From Eledone cirrhosa (lineage: Eukaryota), in contig OZ024742.1 in NCBI GenBank assembly GCA_964016885.1, positions 26,040,001 to 26,104,000 on the forward strand: DNA of 64,000 nucleotides. Direction: 5' to 3'. The notes under the pieces were generated by a model. That model ran no database searches, was not told the DNA's origin, and saw only the letters and a list, made by a program, of their open reading frames with translations. A program made the position numbers and the translations under genes. Positions 26,463 to 40,889 of this stretch are shown piece after piece. How positions within the stretch are numbered: position 1 is the stretch's first letter; each line of letters begins with the position of its first letter.

Positions 26463-26636
26463 AAGAGATGCTTGTGTGTGTGTATAATTGATAGATGTGT
26501 GTATGTAACCTCTATTTGCATTTACCACCTTTCTAGTCATGTTTACTTAACACATCCTCTCTATCTCTCTCTCTCACACACTGTACCGATTGTGTTGTTA
26601 TTTCTGTTCACACTTTACATACACGCATATATACAT

Positions 26637-26724
<88 letters not shown>

Positions 26725-26750
26725 TGTATATATATATATATATATATATA

Positions 26751-26806
26751 TAGGAACCAGTAAGACCCCGACGGCTGAGCTCAAGCCGTTTCGACGGCTA
26801 ATTCTG
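26751..26806 (-). mobile_element. Family A, copy 6 (short arm only)
   Basis: taggaaccagtaagaccccgacggctgagctcaagccgtttcgacggctaattctgg. Confidence 0.85.
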
Positions 26807-26865
26807 GGTGTATGTGTGTGTATGTCTGTATATATATATATATATACACACATACATACACACAC

Positions 26866-26917
<52 letters not shown>

Positions 26918-26922
26918 TTAAA

Positions 26923-26960
<38 letters not shown>

Positions 26961-27359
26961 TATGTGTGTGTGCGTATGGGTGTGTATGTGTGCGTGTGTG
27001 TGTGTGTTATGGACGGTTCTTGCGTGAATCTTTGGGTACGCTATATGTTTTTACATCATTTGTAATTCCTATTAAACAAATACTCACACATACGCACAAG
27101 CACACATAAATACACATATAAACACATACAAACACACGGACAAGCACACGATATATTAGCTCACTTTAGTAATTAAAATACTTTTCTACCGTTTGGGTGT
27201 TTGTAATTTAGGGGATTCTGTAAATTCGGAATCTCTACAATGAGTTTTATTAAGATGTGCAATCAGGTGGAACTATTCCTAACGTTACACTGCAGAAGGT
27301 TTGATTAGTAACGGGTATTGAAGTTGGGGTAAGGTGACATCATTGACATGTTCAACGTC

Positions 27360-27925
27360 GTCATCATCATAACCATCACCTCTACCATCAACATTACCAT
27401 CACCATCATCATTATCATCATAACCATCACCTCTACCATCAACATTACCATCACCATCATCATTATCATCATAACCATCACCTCTACCATCAACATTACC
27501 ATCACCATCATCATTATCATCATAACCATCACCTCTACCATCAACATTACCATCACCATCATCATTATCATTATAACCATCACCTCTACCATCAACATTA
27601 CCATCACCATCATCATTATCATTATAACCATCACCTCTACCATCAACATTACCATCACCATCATCATTATCATCATAACCATCACCTCTACCATCAACAT
27701 TACCATCTCCATCATCATCATCACTATAATCATCATCATACACAGCATCATCATCATCATCATCATCACCATCCTCATTATTATAATCACTACCATCATC
27801 ATCATTTTCACCATCATCATCGTCATCGTCAACATAATCATCATTATAATCATTAACATTGTTGCCATCATCATCATCCTCATCATAATCATCATCATCA
27901 TCGTCAGCTTCATCATCATCACCAC
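27360..27925. repeat. (ATC)n-derived minisatellite: ~7 copies of a 51-bp unit plus a degenerate tail
   Basis: The unit translates GDGNVDGRGDGYDDNDD on the minus strand. Confidence 0.9.
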
Positions 27926-28185
27926 CGCAACATTCACACACAGTTTATTTCCTGTTATTAGCCCTAAACTTGAGAGGTGGTAACTCCTCTCATCAACAGC
28001 TCTCTACAATAAATTAAACAACACTGTAACAATGATTGTCGAGGGAGTGTGAGGCTGTGGGCTAAGATTATATAACGGTGTTACTAATATATATTAATTA
28101 TGGCGCTAGATGGCGCTGGTGAGGAGGAAGAAGAAGTAGAGAGTGATGACGTTGTAAGAGCTATAAAAACAATAATCATAATAAT

Positions 28186-28380
28186 TATTTCTACTTTTGG
28201 CATAAGGCCAGCAAATATTCCAGTGTATTACTGGTACTTTATTTTATCGAACCCGTAAGGTTGAAAGGCAAAGTTAACCTCGCCGGAATTTGAACTCAGA
28301 CTGTAATGGGTCGTAACTATATGCGTCAAAGCATGGCGTCCGACCCTCTACCGATACTGCCAATACGCTGCCAATCCACA
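28186..28380 (-). mobile_element. tRNA-derived SINE
   Basis: Collinear with 12724-12910. Confidence 0.85.
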
Positions 28381-28564
28381 GAAATAATAAAAAATAATAA
28401 TCATGATAATGATTTCTACTATAGACACAAGGCCAGCAATTTTGGGAAAGGGGAAAATTGATTAAATAACCAATTTTCGATAATAATATTTATAGAGAAC
28501 GAATATTATTATAGTCATATATACCGGATCGCCCACATTTGAGATAAACACACTCAAACATGCC

Positions 28565-28660
<96 letters not shown>

Positions 28661-28687
28661 GTATAATATGCGCGATGTGCGTATGTT

Positions 28688-28767
<80 letters not shown>

Positions 28768-28884
28768 TTCTAAAGCTAAAATCACCCGTACTCAATTCCA
28801 TATTTAATTTCGGCAATATAATTGGAAAGGCAATTGATAAATTATTGATTACTATTGGCTTATATTGACGATACAAATGAGAAA

Positions 28885-30485
28885 TCACACAACACCACAC
28901 AACACCACACAGCACCACACAATACCAAACAAAAACACACAACACCGCACAAAACCACACAAAACCACACAACACCACAACACCACACAGCACCACATAC
29001 ACCACACAACACCACACAACACCAAACAGCACCACACAACACCACACAACATCACACCACACCACACAACACCACACAGCACCACACAACACCACACAAA
29101 ACCACACAGCACAACACAGCATCACACAACAACACACATCACCACACATCACCACACAACACCACACAATAACACACAACACCACACAACAAAACACAGC
29201 ACCACACAACACCACACAATACCAAACAGCACCACCCAGCACTACACAACACCAACACCACACAACACCACACAACACCACGCAACACCAAACAGCACCA
29301 CACAATACCACACAAAACCATACAACACCACACAACACCACACAGCACCAAACAAAACCACACAGCACACAACACGACACAACACCACACATCACTACAC
29401 AACACCACAAAACACCACACATCACCACACAACACTACACAGCACCACACAACACTACACAACACCACACAACACCAAAACGCACCACACAACACCACAC
29501 AACACCACTCAACAAAACACAGCACCATCACCACCACACAACACCACACAATACCACACAAAACCACACAAAACCACACACAACACAAAACCCTCCAATA
29601 ATCACAGAAAAACACAAGTAACACATAGAAGCCACTAACATAAACTCCACCTAATATCCACATAAAAATAATACGTACAAAACCAGACAATAACCACATA
29701 GAAACAACACAATAACTACACAATGACCACACAATAACAACACAATAACCACACAATAACCACTCAATAACCACTCAATAACCACACAATAACCACATAG
29801 AAACAACACAATAACTACACAATAACCACACAATAAACACACAACAACCACACAATAACCACGGAATAACCACACAACAATTACACAATAACCACACAAT
29901 AACCACATCATAACCACACAATAACCACACAATAACAACACAATAACAACACAATAACTACACAATAACCACATAATAACCACACGATAACCACATAATA
30001 ACCACACAATAACAACACAATAACAAGACAATAACAACACAATAACCACACAATAACCACACAATAACAACACAATAACTACATAATAACCACACAATAA
30101 CAACACAATAACAATACAATAAACACACAATAACCACACAATAACCACACAATAACCACACAATAACCACACAATAACCGCCAATAACCACACAATTACA
30201 ACACAATAACCACACAATAACAACACAATAAACACAATAACAACACAATAACCACACAATAACAACACAATAAACACACAATAACAACACAATAACCACA
30301 CAATAACAACACAATGTGAATGTATAATGTTTCACTGTATATGTTGCGAGTATATATGATGGGAGTGTATATGATATGAATGTATATGTTGCGAGTGTAT
30401 ATGTTGCGAGTGTATATGTTGCGAGTGTATATGCTGAGAGTGTATATAATGTGAGTGTATATGGTGGGAGTGTATATAATGCTTG
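28885..30485. repeat. Compound minisatellite: CACACAACAC (10-mer), CACACAATAAC (11-mer), then GAGTGTATATGTTGC (15-mer)
   Basis: Direct observation. Confidence 0.9.
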
Positions 30486-30647
30486 AGTTAGCCAGATGTG
30501 ATTAGTAATATAGTTGAAAAAATTATAACTGGGCAACTTAATTAATAAGAATGTGTGAGATTAATTAATTATTAAAGTGGATGGGGGAGGGGTGAGATGG
30601 GTGTTAAGAGGTATTTAGGCTGAGAAACATAACTTTATAATTAGTAA

Positions 30648-30648
30648 T

Positions 30649-30686
<38 letters not shown>

Positions 30687-30687
30687 A

Positions 30688-30718
<31 letters not shown>

Positions 30719-30728
30719 ACTACTGCTA

Positions 30729-30825
<97 letters not shown>

Positions 30826-30827
30826 CG

Positions 30828-30880
<53 letters not shown>

Positions 30881-30945
30881 GCTACTTCTACTACTACTTC
30901 TACTGCTATTACTATAACTACTACTACTACTGCTGCTGCTGCTAT

Positions 30946-30985
<40 letters not shown>

Positions 30986-31054
30986 GCTGCTGCTACTACT
31001 ACTACTGCTTCTACCACCACCACCACCACTACTTCTACTACCACCACTACCACA

Positions 31055-31101
<47 letters not shown>

Positions 31102-31192
31102 AACCACCACCATTACTACTACTACTACCACCACTACCACAGCCACCGCCACCACCACCACCACCACCACCAACATCACCACCAACATCACC

Positions 31193-31259
<67 letters not shown>
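30648..31259. repeat. (CTA)n/(CTG)n/(CCA)n compound trinucleotide tract
   Basis: Direct observation. Confidence 0.95.
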
Positions 31260-31291
31260 GTATGTGTTTTGTTTTTTTTCTTTTGTGACGT

Positions 31292-31615
31292 TTTATAGTA
31301 AAACACAATTTCACATGTGCATCGGAAAATCTAATATATGTATTAACTTGTTCAGGTTGTTGAGAACAATACATAGGCCACACCAAAAACAGCCTCCGCC
31401 AACGCATGACTGTCCATAGATCCCAAATCAAAATACGGGAATACAGGAAAATACCACTGAGTGAACACATTGATACCTGTGCCGCCCAAAATCATCCCAA
31501 CTTCAGAATCTTTCCCCTCTACAAATTTAAAGATAATGCGACCCACACCCAGCGCATCAGCAAGGAATCTTACTTCATTAACAAATACGGACCCCGTCTA
31601 AACACTTCTCCCTAA
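31292..31615 (+). pseudogene. GIY-YIG endonuclease fragment of a PLE (Neptune-like)
   Basis: NFTCASENLIYVLTCSGC*EQYIGHTKNSLRQRMTVHRSQI...LSEH...KESYFI..Y.P.LN. Confidence 0.9.
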
Positions 31616-31755
31616 GACGAACCCACAACATACACACGTCAATATACATACCTACATCAGCACACATCTCTACCCACATATAAACACAATGACATACGTA
31701 AACACACATGCTCTATGGTGCAACACAAAAAAATATATGTGCATATATATATGTA

Positions 31756-31796
<41 letters not shown>

Positions 31797-31939
31797 AATA
31801 TATGTATGTGTATATATATATAGTGAATATCATTTCACACCTTTTTTTGTTAAGATTTTTGATGTTCTATTAAGAGAACCGACTTTACTGAAAAAATCGA
31901 ATAATGTACACCATTTTACCAGGGGGAAAAAATACTGGT

Positions 31940-32048
<109 letters not shown>

Positions 32049-32319
32049 TACACACGCGTACATCAACATACAAAGAGACTTATATATACACACACACACA
32101 CACACACGCACTTCTCCGTATAAGACAAAAGCTGAAAAATATCTTTTGACATGCTAAAATACCCCCCATTGCTTTCAGACACAGTCTTACTGACCATCCC
32201 TGCCACCACGAATTACTCTGCTATACACACACACACACACACACACACTTATCTTAATAGCCATTTGACACACATCGCTGCTAACCATTATCACAACATC
32301 GAACACCTTACTACTACTA

Positions 32320-32395
<76 letters not shown>

Positions 32396-32571
32396 TTGTT
32401 GTGAAAGAGTCATTTCTCAATCTTGGCGCAAAACCAATTTTTTATTCACATGACCTCTACCGACCAATCAAAATTGTTTTGACCACAAGAATTTTTGCTG
32501 GAGCCACTTTTTTAACATAAAAACAGGTAGAATTCCCAAAACTAATCAGATCATAGCAAACAGCACGGACA

Positions 32572-32746
32572 CTCTATCTCAAAATTATTTTTGAAAAGCA
32601 TTTAGAAATGCGCAACCGGTAAAAACTTAAAAAACTTAAAACCACAACTGAATACTAACCCATACAATCACTAATACACTTTTATTCCTAATTAAACCAT
32701 TTTTCAACTGTGAACAATTTATCAGCATTTTCTATTCCGTTTACCA

Positions 32747-32748
<2 letters not shown>
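32572..32748 (+). mobile_element. Family N element, copy 2
   Basis: Homologous to 13374-13545; ends in (TA)n. Confidence 0.7.
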
Positions 32749-32779
<31 letters not shown>

Positions 32780-32919
32780 GGAGACAGATTTATATATATT
32801 AAAGGTATATATTGAGTTAGGAACCCAAAATAGATCCTTACAACAAAATAGCTCTAAGATTTGGGTTCGTATTTATTTTCTTATTTTGTTCTTAAATTAA
32901 GACAAGCGAACCCAATTGT

Positions 32920-33001
32920 CTATAGTTAGTATTCTTTTCACCTCAGCAAATCAGGTCCCTTACGATTTGAACACATATATCTATATAACTGTGTTCGTTT
33001 T

Positions 33002-33006
<5 letters not shown>
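32920..33006 (+). mobile_element. TA-anchored tail, family O (second copy at ~44038-44130)
   Basis: Shared tagttagtatt...agcaaa...ggtcc(c)ttacga.t.gaacacat...gtgttc. Confidence 0.6.
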
Positions 33007-33042
<36 letters not shown>

Positions 33043-33045
<3 letters not shown>

Positions 33046-34145
33046 TTATCTATAAAAGGCAGATTGTTGTTGTTGTGTGTGCGTGTGCACATGTTCCATG
33101 TTTATACATTTGCATACTTTCAAACCGATTTGACTCAACCTCTGTAAGAATGTTGTAAATGGTCTAACGTACGTCACCGACTATTTATTTCATTCAAACT
33201 CACCCACAATTATGGAAATAATCGATAAAACTAAATACTTGACGCTTTACCCCTCTAATAGAATCTGCTTAACTCTCTCTACTCCCCTTCAAATTCGATA
33301 AAACTACATACATGCTTACAAACTTCCTTTAGGAAAGCCGAAGAGAGAGAGAGAGAAAGAGCGAGAGGGAGAGAGAGAGAGAGAGAGAGAACGTTTGTTT
33401 TTTTTAGTGTGGAACGGTCAAACATTTATTTACTTTAATGACAAAGAGAAATGATTACATTTCATGCGAAACGACAATTATTCAAAAGCAACAGACAAAT
33501 TTATTCAACAACAAGCGATAAATCTTTTTTAAAACCTCTCAACGAACGCGGATTCTTACAGACTTTGCGTCGAATCGGTTTGAAATTGTGCAAATGTATA
33601 AACATGGAACATGTACCCACACACAACAACAACAATCTGCCTTTTATAGAAAATGATAAACCATAATATCCTCTATAAGGTCACTAAACCTGCTAGAAAC
33701 AGCAGCTAACTCTCCACCATATCACACCCCTGCCTACTGTCTTAAATTTAGAAAACATATCTTCTATGAGGTCACTAAACCTACTAGAAACAGCAGCTAA
33801 CTCTCCCCCATATCACACCTCTCCCTACTGTCTTAAATTTAGAAAACACACATTAGACAACCATGCAAAATAACTCCATCGCAGCTTTGTTGTTCGGCTG
33901 GCATCGTCTACGCGCATGTTGCGCAAGTACTGTGAAACAATAAATTTCAACACTTCTTTGCACAGAGATAATATCCATAGGCGAAACTACAATTGTCACT
34001 GCTGGCGCAGCTCCTGCTTCGCCAGTCCAGGTCTGCAATTCATTCACCCAGTGCCTGGCAGACAAAAAAGTGCTGCCATAAAATGGGTGGTGCAACCTAA
34101 CTTTGGTAACTTAATGACCCCGAGCAACGCCGGGCTTTAATGCTA

Positions 34146-34146
<1 letters not shown>
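33043..34146 (+). mobile_element. Non-autonomous Helitron-derived composite
   Basis: A|TC...tctataaaaggc 5' end; 3' hairpin CCCGAGCAACGCCGGG then CTAG|T at 34143-34147; a second, inverted 5' end at 33548-33656; ~95-bp tandem duplication at 33665-33850. Confidence 0.75.
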
Positions 34147-34177
<31 letters not shown>

Positions 34178-34179
34178 CA

Positions 34180-34527
34180 CCTCTGATGTCACTCCACCTT
34201 CTTCATGCGCCTTGCCCTCCTTGATCTTCTTCTTGGCTCTCTGAAGCTCCTCTCTGTCTCAATATCCAGTTCTTCAAACAGCCGCCTGATCTCGCCAGTG
34301 CTCTGGGCTCTGGAGGGCGGCTCTCCTAGTAGGGTCCTAAAATGGTCTAGCCATTTCCTCTTCTTATCCTCGGGCCCTGTTCCCTGGATCTGACTCGAAC
34401 ACCTTCTCTTCCTCCCTGTGATCTCGTTGATGATCATCCAGCTCTTCTTACATCCAGACCAAGAAACTCACTCAGATGGTGGATGGGTGCTACACGAGAA
34501 TGCTGAGGATGGCTCTGAACATTAATC
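34180..34527. pseudogene. RTE-clade LINE fragment with an internal inversion
   Basis: Minus 34180-34452: SWMIINEITGRK...QIQG...KWLDHFRTLLGEPP. Plus 34458-34527: TKKLTQMVDGCYTRMLRMALNIN. Confidence 0.8.
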
Positions 34528-34983
34528 AATATACACATATTTTCATCGTTTCTAAAATAGCAAAACAATTGATGCTTTGGATAGAGTCAAATAGAAGTCG
34601 TTAGACATGCTCAACCAACCGTGACGCCTAAACCAATCAGCTTTAGTAATCTAGTGAAACTACACGCCGATTGGTCGAAATACAGTTTGCAAAATTTAGC
34701 ATTCTGTAGCCCCTTTTTTACTGTATATAAGGCACATCATATACCCATCTCATTACAGTTGAAAATTGTAAACTTGTCTGTCACCACTGAATATGAACCT
34801 GAAGATTGCGAAAGCAGGAAAGTGCTTGTTCAATTAACACTTAACATTTAATATTCTACCATACTATTTCATTATAATATCATTATAATTTTAAAGGATT
34901 GTAAATAAAATGAGTAAATCAGACAAAGTTGGAATTCCTTTTATTAATAAAATCTTCTATACACAATCATATACACCCGTGTA

Positions 34984-35038
<55 letters not shown>

Positions 35039-35323
35039 CATTTTAATACGCCTCCGCCATTGGCTAATTTACTTTCCTTTTCTACTTTAGACTCACCATA
35101 TGTTTCCTTTATGTCTTTGTGTTACTAGTCCCTTGTTTAAAATGATAAATGCTTTATAACGTATTAAGAGAGTGCTTATATTGCCTGACGTGTGAATTTT
35201 ATTTATATTATATTCAGCTTAGTCGATGTAATCTTTCGGGCCACTGGAGTATGAATATATGTATGATGTAAGACTTAGATACATATATAAGCATATATAG
35301 ACACATATGTATATATACGTATA

Positions 35324-35378
<55 letters not shown>

Positions 35379-35433
35379 TATGTATGAATATATATATATA
35401 TATGTATGTATATATATATATATGTATGTATGC

Positions 35434-35486
<53 letters not shown>

Positions 35487-35556
35487 TTATTATTATTATT
35501 ATTATTTTATATATATATATGTATATATATATATATTACATGTATATATTTTATAC

Positions 35557-35603
<47 letters not shown>

Positions 35604-36689
35604 ATGTATATACGCACACACACATATGTATATACTTATATATATACGTGTATATGCATGTTGGCTGATGGTGTTTGTATATGTACGTGTGGGTGTATTT
35701 ATATATATATATATCACTGTGAAATCATGTGTTTTCGTGTTGCTATTGTAACCGTTCTCATCATAGGACGTAAAGAAATCACTCAATTAACCTTTATCCA
35801 GAGAAGAAGATTTAGGCTATTAATGCATCAAAAGCTAGATACGTATAGTATAAGATAGACAACTTTAACAAAAAACACATAATAACATTATATTATCAAC
35901 AATATAAAAAATCCCAAGACCAAAAGAACAACAATATAAATATCGCTCTATATTTTAAATGAGCTGTTTTTGAACTAGTTCGCGGATATTTTTTGAGCGA
36001 GAGATATACATATTTATATAATGGAGACATTGCACATCGCTGCATTACTTGTTTCCCTTTGTGTGTTCACATGAGTGAGGGCAATTAGTTGATTTATTTT
36101 AGTAAACTTGCAGAGACGAATGATAAGAAGGACTTTCCGTTTTCCTAAGAAGTCTTATTATTATGTTAAAATAAAAGAGAAGTGACGCTCTTAAAATATT
36201 TTCCCATGAATATACTATATAAATTGGCTATTAACGAAGTTGTTCAAGCTGAATACATACATTCTTATATATATATATATGTGTGTGTGTATGTGCTTGT
36301 GTGTGTGTGTGTGTGTGTGTGTACGTAATCACATTGAAACACAAACGGAGCCCTACGTAAACACATAATAATACATACGCATACATGGATTTATATATAG
36401 GCAGGTATTAGCAGATATGAATATGGATATGAATATGCATATGTAAATACTCACATATAGGAACAAATTTGTATCTCTTTGAGAGAAACCATATATACAC
36501 ACAACAACACTCACAGCAGCGCATACACCCACATATATTCTCCATCTATCTCTCCCGCACATAGTCGCACGTTCTCACATTCATACACTCATATTTATGT
36601 ACACAGGCAGAGAACGATAGAGGGAAAGAGAGCGGGGAAATGAGTGGGTGACCATGCTAGTATTTTCTAAAATAAATCTAAAGTCTGTC

Positions 36690-36870
36690 TTTAGCCTTGA
36701 GGCTTATTAAGCAAGTGCTTATCCTCGCTTCCGCGGCGTGAAGTGACTGAGAGTACAAGGCTCCCAATAGACAGGACAATAGTTATAACTCCAGCTATTG
36801 CTGGTACTCATTTTGACCTGAGTATACTGGAGCCACTTGAAATGAGGTGTTTTGCTCAAGAACACAACAC
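36690..36870 (-). mobile_element. Second SINE family fragment (CORE-like central domain)
   Basis: Minus: gtgttgtgttcttgagcaaaacac...ctccagtatactcag...aaatgagtaccagc. Confidence 0.55.
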
Positions 36871-37029
36871 ACAAACCATTATATCTAGAACATCGTTTTA
36901 TAGTTGGTTATATTTAGTTATATGTTTTTGTAACCAGAACAATTCGTGAACTCGACAAGGCCGAATAATTAAGGAGTCCACTCCGCAATCCTTAACTGCT
37001 AGTTTCGATCGCATTGCATTGAATCTTCA

Positions 37030-37296
37030 GGAAGGGTCATCTAACACTATCTCGGGTGGGTGACTCCATACCTTATGAAGGGAAAGTGGGTAGCTTCCAT
37101 TGCATGGTATGAGATTTTTGGCCAATGGGCATTTAACATAACCTCTGTTCCACACCATTCCATTGCATGATATCTTTGGCAAGGGCCATTTAATATAACT
37201 TCGGGTGGTGGATTCCATATCTTATGAAGGGAAATTGGGTAAATTCCATTGCGCGGTATCTTATCTTTAGCAAGGGTCATTAAACATAACCTCGGT
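37030..37296. repeat. Degenerate tandem sub-repeats (gggtcatttaacataacctc / ttccattgcatg)
   Basis: The motif recurs at ~37032, 37125, 37181 and 37272. Confidence 0.7.
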
Positions 37297-37817
37297 TAGT
37301 CGACTGGTGGACGCGATATGTTTGGAAGACCTTCAATTGGACGACGTCACGCTGAATCTCCCCGAGAATTAAGTTTTGTGTAGACGTGTTTGTGAAAATA
37401 CTCATATACTGATACGACAAATTTAAGAGCAAATTGTTCCGTTAATCGAATGACTAGGGCATTCCTCGTAGAAACTGACCGAGATCGATCGATCGGGCGA
37501 ATCTGAGCAATGAGAATATTGTTTACAAGCTATATATCCAGAACAATTTTACAATGGACTGATTTCAATAGTATTCTAAAGAAACATAATCGATGTTGGT
37601 TAGCATTGTCCTATAAATATACGCCTGTCCTTGGAATGGAATGGATCTCCGTCAGTTTGAATTATGACTCTTGTATTTGGTCGATGAACAGAAAAGAAAA
37701 TCAATAATAAGAATTTCACCAACAACATTAAAAATAGCAAGAATAATAAACATAAACAAAAAGTAACATTAACAACTACAACATCGACAACATCTTCAAA
37801 CTTAAAAAGAATTATAA

Positions 37818-38003
37818 TAATTGTTTCTAGTTTAGGCACAATGCCAGCAATTACCAGTACATTACTGGTACTTTATTTTATCGACCCTGTAAGGATGAAA
37901 GGCAAAGTTAACCTCGGCGGGATTTGAACTCAGACTGTAAAGGGACGTAACTATGCTAGAAAGCACGGAGTCCAACCTTCTACCGATACTGCCAATTCAC
38001 CGC
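37818..38003 (-). mobile_element. tRNA-derived SINE
   Basis: Collinear with 12724-12910. Confidence 0.85.
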
Positions 38004-38341
38004 ACACACAAAATTATAATAATAGTTGCAATAACAACAAACATGACAACAGCATCATAAACAGCAACAACAAAAACGACAACGGTACCACGAATGTTTA
38101 CAGCAACAACAACAAAAACAAACAACAAGAAAACTACAACAGCAACAATATCAACAACAACAATAAGCTACGACAACAACAACAGCATCAACAACAGCAT
38201 CAACAACAACAACAACAACATCAAACACTACGACAACAACAAAGGCTATTTTCAATAATGTATTTGGCCATAACTGACAAATTATATTCTCTCTGATATA
38301 ATAGTTGTTCCTTTTTTCTTCTTCCAATCTTTCATATTGGT

Positions 38342-39893
38342 TTGCTGTTGTTGTTGTTGTTGTTTTCATTGTTGTAGTTGTTGGTGCTGTAGTAGTTGTG
38401 GTGTTTGTTGTTGTTGCTGTAGTTGTTGTGGCTGTTGTTGTTGTAGTAGTAGTAGTTGTTGTGGTAATAGTTGTTTGTGATGTTGTTGTTATTGTAGTTG
38501 TTGTTGGTGCTGTAGTTGTTGTTGTAGTAGTAATTGTTGTGGTAGTAGTTGTTGTTATTGTAGTTGTTGTTGGTGCTGTAGTTGTTGTTGGTGTAGTAAC
38601 TATGTTAGTTGCTGTTGTTGTAGTAGTAACTAAGGTAGTTGTTATTGTTGCCGTGGTAACTATGGTAGTTGATGTTGTTGTAGTAGTAACTAAGGTAGTT
38701 GTTATTGTTGCCGTGGTAACTATGGTAGTTGTTGTTGCCGTAGTAACTATGGTAGTTGCTGTTGTTGTTGCCGTAGTAACAATGGTATTTGTTGTTGTTG
38801 CCGTAGTAACTATGGTAGTTGATGTTGTTGTAGTAGTAACTAAGGTAGTTGTTATTGTTGCCGTGGTAACTATGGTAGTTGCTGTTGTTGTTGCCGTAGT
38901 AACAATGGTATTTGTTGTTGTTGCCGTAGTAACTATGGTAGTTGGTGTTGTTGTTGTAGTAGTAACTATGGTAGTTGTTGTTGTAGTAGTAACTATGGTA
39001 GTTGATGCTGTTGTAGTAGTAACTAAGGTAGTTGTTATTGTTGCCGTGGTAACTATGGTAGTTGGTGTTGTTGTTGCCGTAGTAACTATGGTAGTTGATG
39101 CTGTTGTAGTAGTAACTAAGGTAGTTGTTATTGTTGCCGTGGTAACTATGGTAGTTGCTGTTGTTGTTGCCGTAGTAACTATGGTAGTTGCTGTTGTTGT
39201 TGCCGTAGTAACTATGGTAGTTGTTGTTGTTGGAGTAGTAACTATGGTAGTTGTTGTTGTTGCTGTAGTAACTATGGTAGTTGCTGTTGTTGTTGCCGTA
39301 GTAACTATGGTAGTTGGTGTTGTTGTTGTAGTAGTAACTATGGTAGTTGCTGTTGTTGTTGCCGTAGTAACTATGGTAGTTGTTGTTGTTGCCGTAGTAA
39401 CTATGGTAGATGTTGTTGCCGTAGTAACTATGGTAGTTGTTGTTGTTGCCGTAGTAACTATGGTAGTTGGTGTTGTTGTTGTAGTAGTAACTATGGTAGT
39501 TGTTGTTGTTGTGGTAGTAGTAACTATGGTAGTTGCTGTTGTTGTTGCCGTGGTAACAATGGTATTTGTTGTTGCCGTAGTAACTATGGTAGTTGGTGTT
39601 GTTGTTGTAGTATGAACTATGGTAGTTGTTGTTGTTGTTGTAGTAGTAACTATGGTAGTTGCTGTTGTTGTTGCCGTAATAACTATGGTAGTTGTTGTTG
39701 CCGTAGTAACTATGGTAGTTGTCGTTGTTGCCGTAGTAACTATGGTAGTTGCTGTTGTTGCTGTAGTAGTAACTATGGTAGTTGTTGCTGTTGTAGTAGT
39801 AACTATGGTAGTTGTTGTTGTTGTAGTAGTAACTATGGTAGTTGTTGTTGTAGTTGCGTCCTTTGTAAATATTGTTGTTGTTGGTGTTGTTGA
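38342..39893. repeat. (GTT/GTA)-derived minisatellite, 24-33-bp unit containing GTAGTAACTATGGTAGTT
   Basis: Direct observation; produces the poly-T and poly-V ORFs. Confidence 0.9.
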
Positions 39894-39977
39894 TTGACCT
39901 TTAATTTTATATAAACATGAATTAGAACACATCATATTGTGAAAAAATTGGAGATACACGAAATATGAGTAATTCCA

Positions 39978-39978
39978 C

Positions 39979-40037
<59 letters not shown>

Positions 40038-40084
40038 GTAGTAGTAGTGGCGGTGCTGGTGGCAGTAGTACCAGTAGTAGTAGC

Positions 40085-40127
<43 letters not shown>

Positions 40128-40209
40128 GTAGTAGTGGTAGTGGTGGTGCTGGTGGCAGTAGTAACAGTAGTAGTAGTAGTAGTAATAGAGGTAGTAGTAG
40201 TAGTAGTAT

Positions 40210-40248
<39 letters not shown>

Positions 40249-40262
40249 CGGTGGTGGTAGTA
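39978..40262. repeat. (TAG)n tract
   Basis: Direct observation. Confidence 0.95.
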
Positions 40263-40513
40263 TCAGTGATGATGTTGAATGCAGAGAAACAAAAGCAGAG
40301 TAGATGTCATATAAACCAGGGTAGACAATATAAAACGATGACAATAAATTGTAATACACACACGCAGACAAATACAGACATACACACAGACACACACACA
40401 CACAGACACAGTCACACAGACACTAACACGCTCACACACGCACACATAAACCCACACTCACACACAAACATATATGCACACACACTCACACACACACACA
40501 CAGAGTCACACAT

Positions 40514-40546
<33 letters not shown>

Positions 40547-40719
40547 CACACACACACACACTCACACACATACACGCACCTGCACAACCGCATACCCACA
40601 AACATATGGTTTTCTCCAAAACGTCTGACAGAAGAGACACGTGCTTTTCATCAGAATTTGTTTACGTTCCTCCCTCTTCTCACTTTGTATCTTGTCATTT
40701 CATTTTTTATTTCTCAATC

Positions 40720-40850
40720 TATATTTTGATGAAGGACTAGTGACCGAAACGCAAATGCACTTTCGATCTTTTCCCACTATATCAAGCGGTAAACTAATAT
40801 AATCCTTCAATGAGTTGTGTGCTTTTATGTCTCAGTTTACCTTCTGCATA
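40720..40850 (+). mobile_element. TA-anchored tail with a degenerate HHR-like motif (family J)
   Basis: TTGATGA-A-GG..CC-GAAACGC...GCGGTA; terminus accttctgca(TA) resembles families B and C. Confidence 0.4.
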
Positions 40851-40889
40851 TAAATATATATATATATACATGTATATATATATATATAT

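Noticed and set aside
27285-27983. Asp/Gly-rich acidic protein ORF
   Set aside because: (ATC)n-derived minisatellite open in several frames; no signal peptide or splice support seen.
38151-39959. 602-aa Thr-rich mucin-like ORF
   Set aside because: Translation of a GTT/GTA minisatellite that is open on both strands, with no non-repetitive domain.
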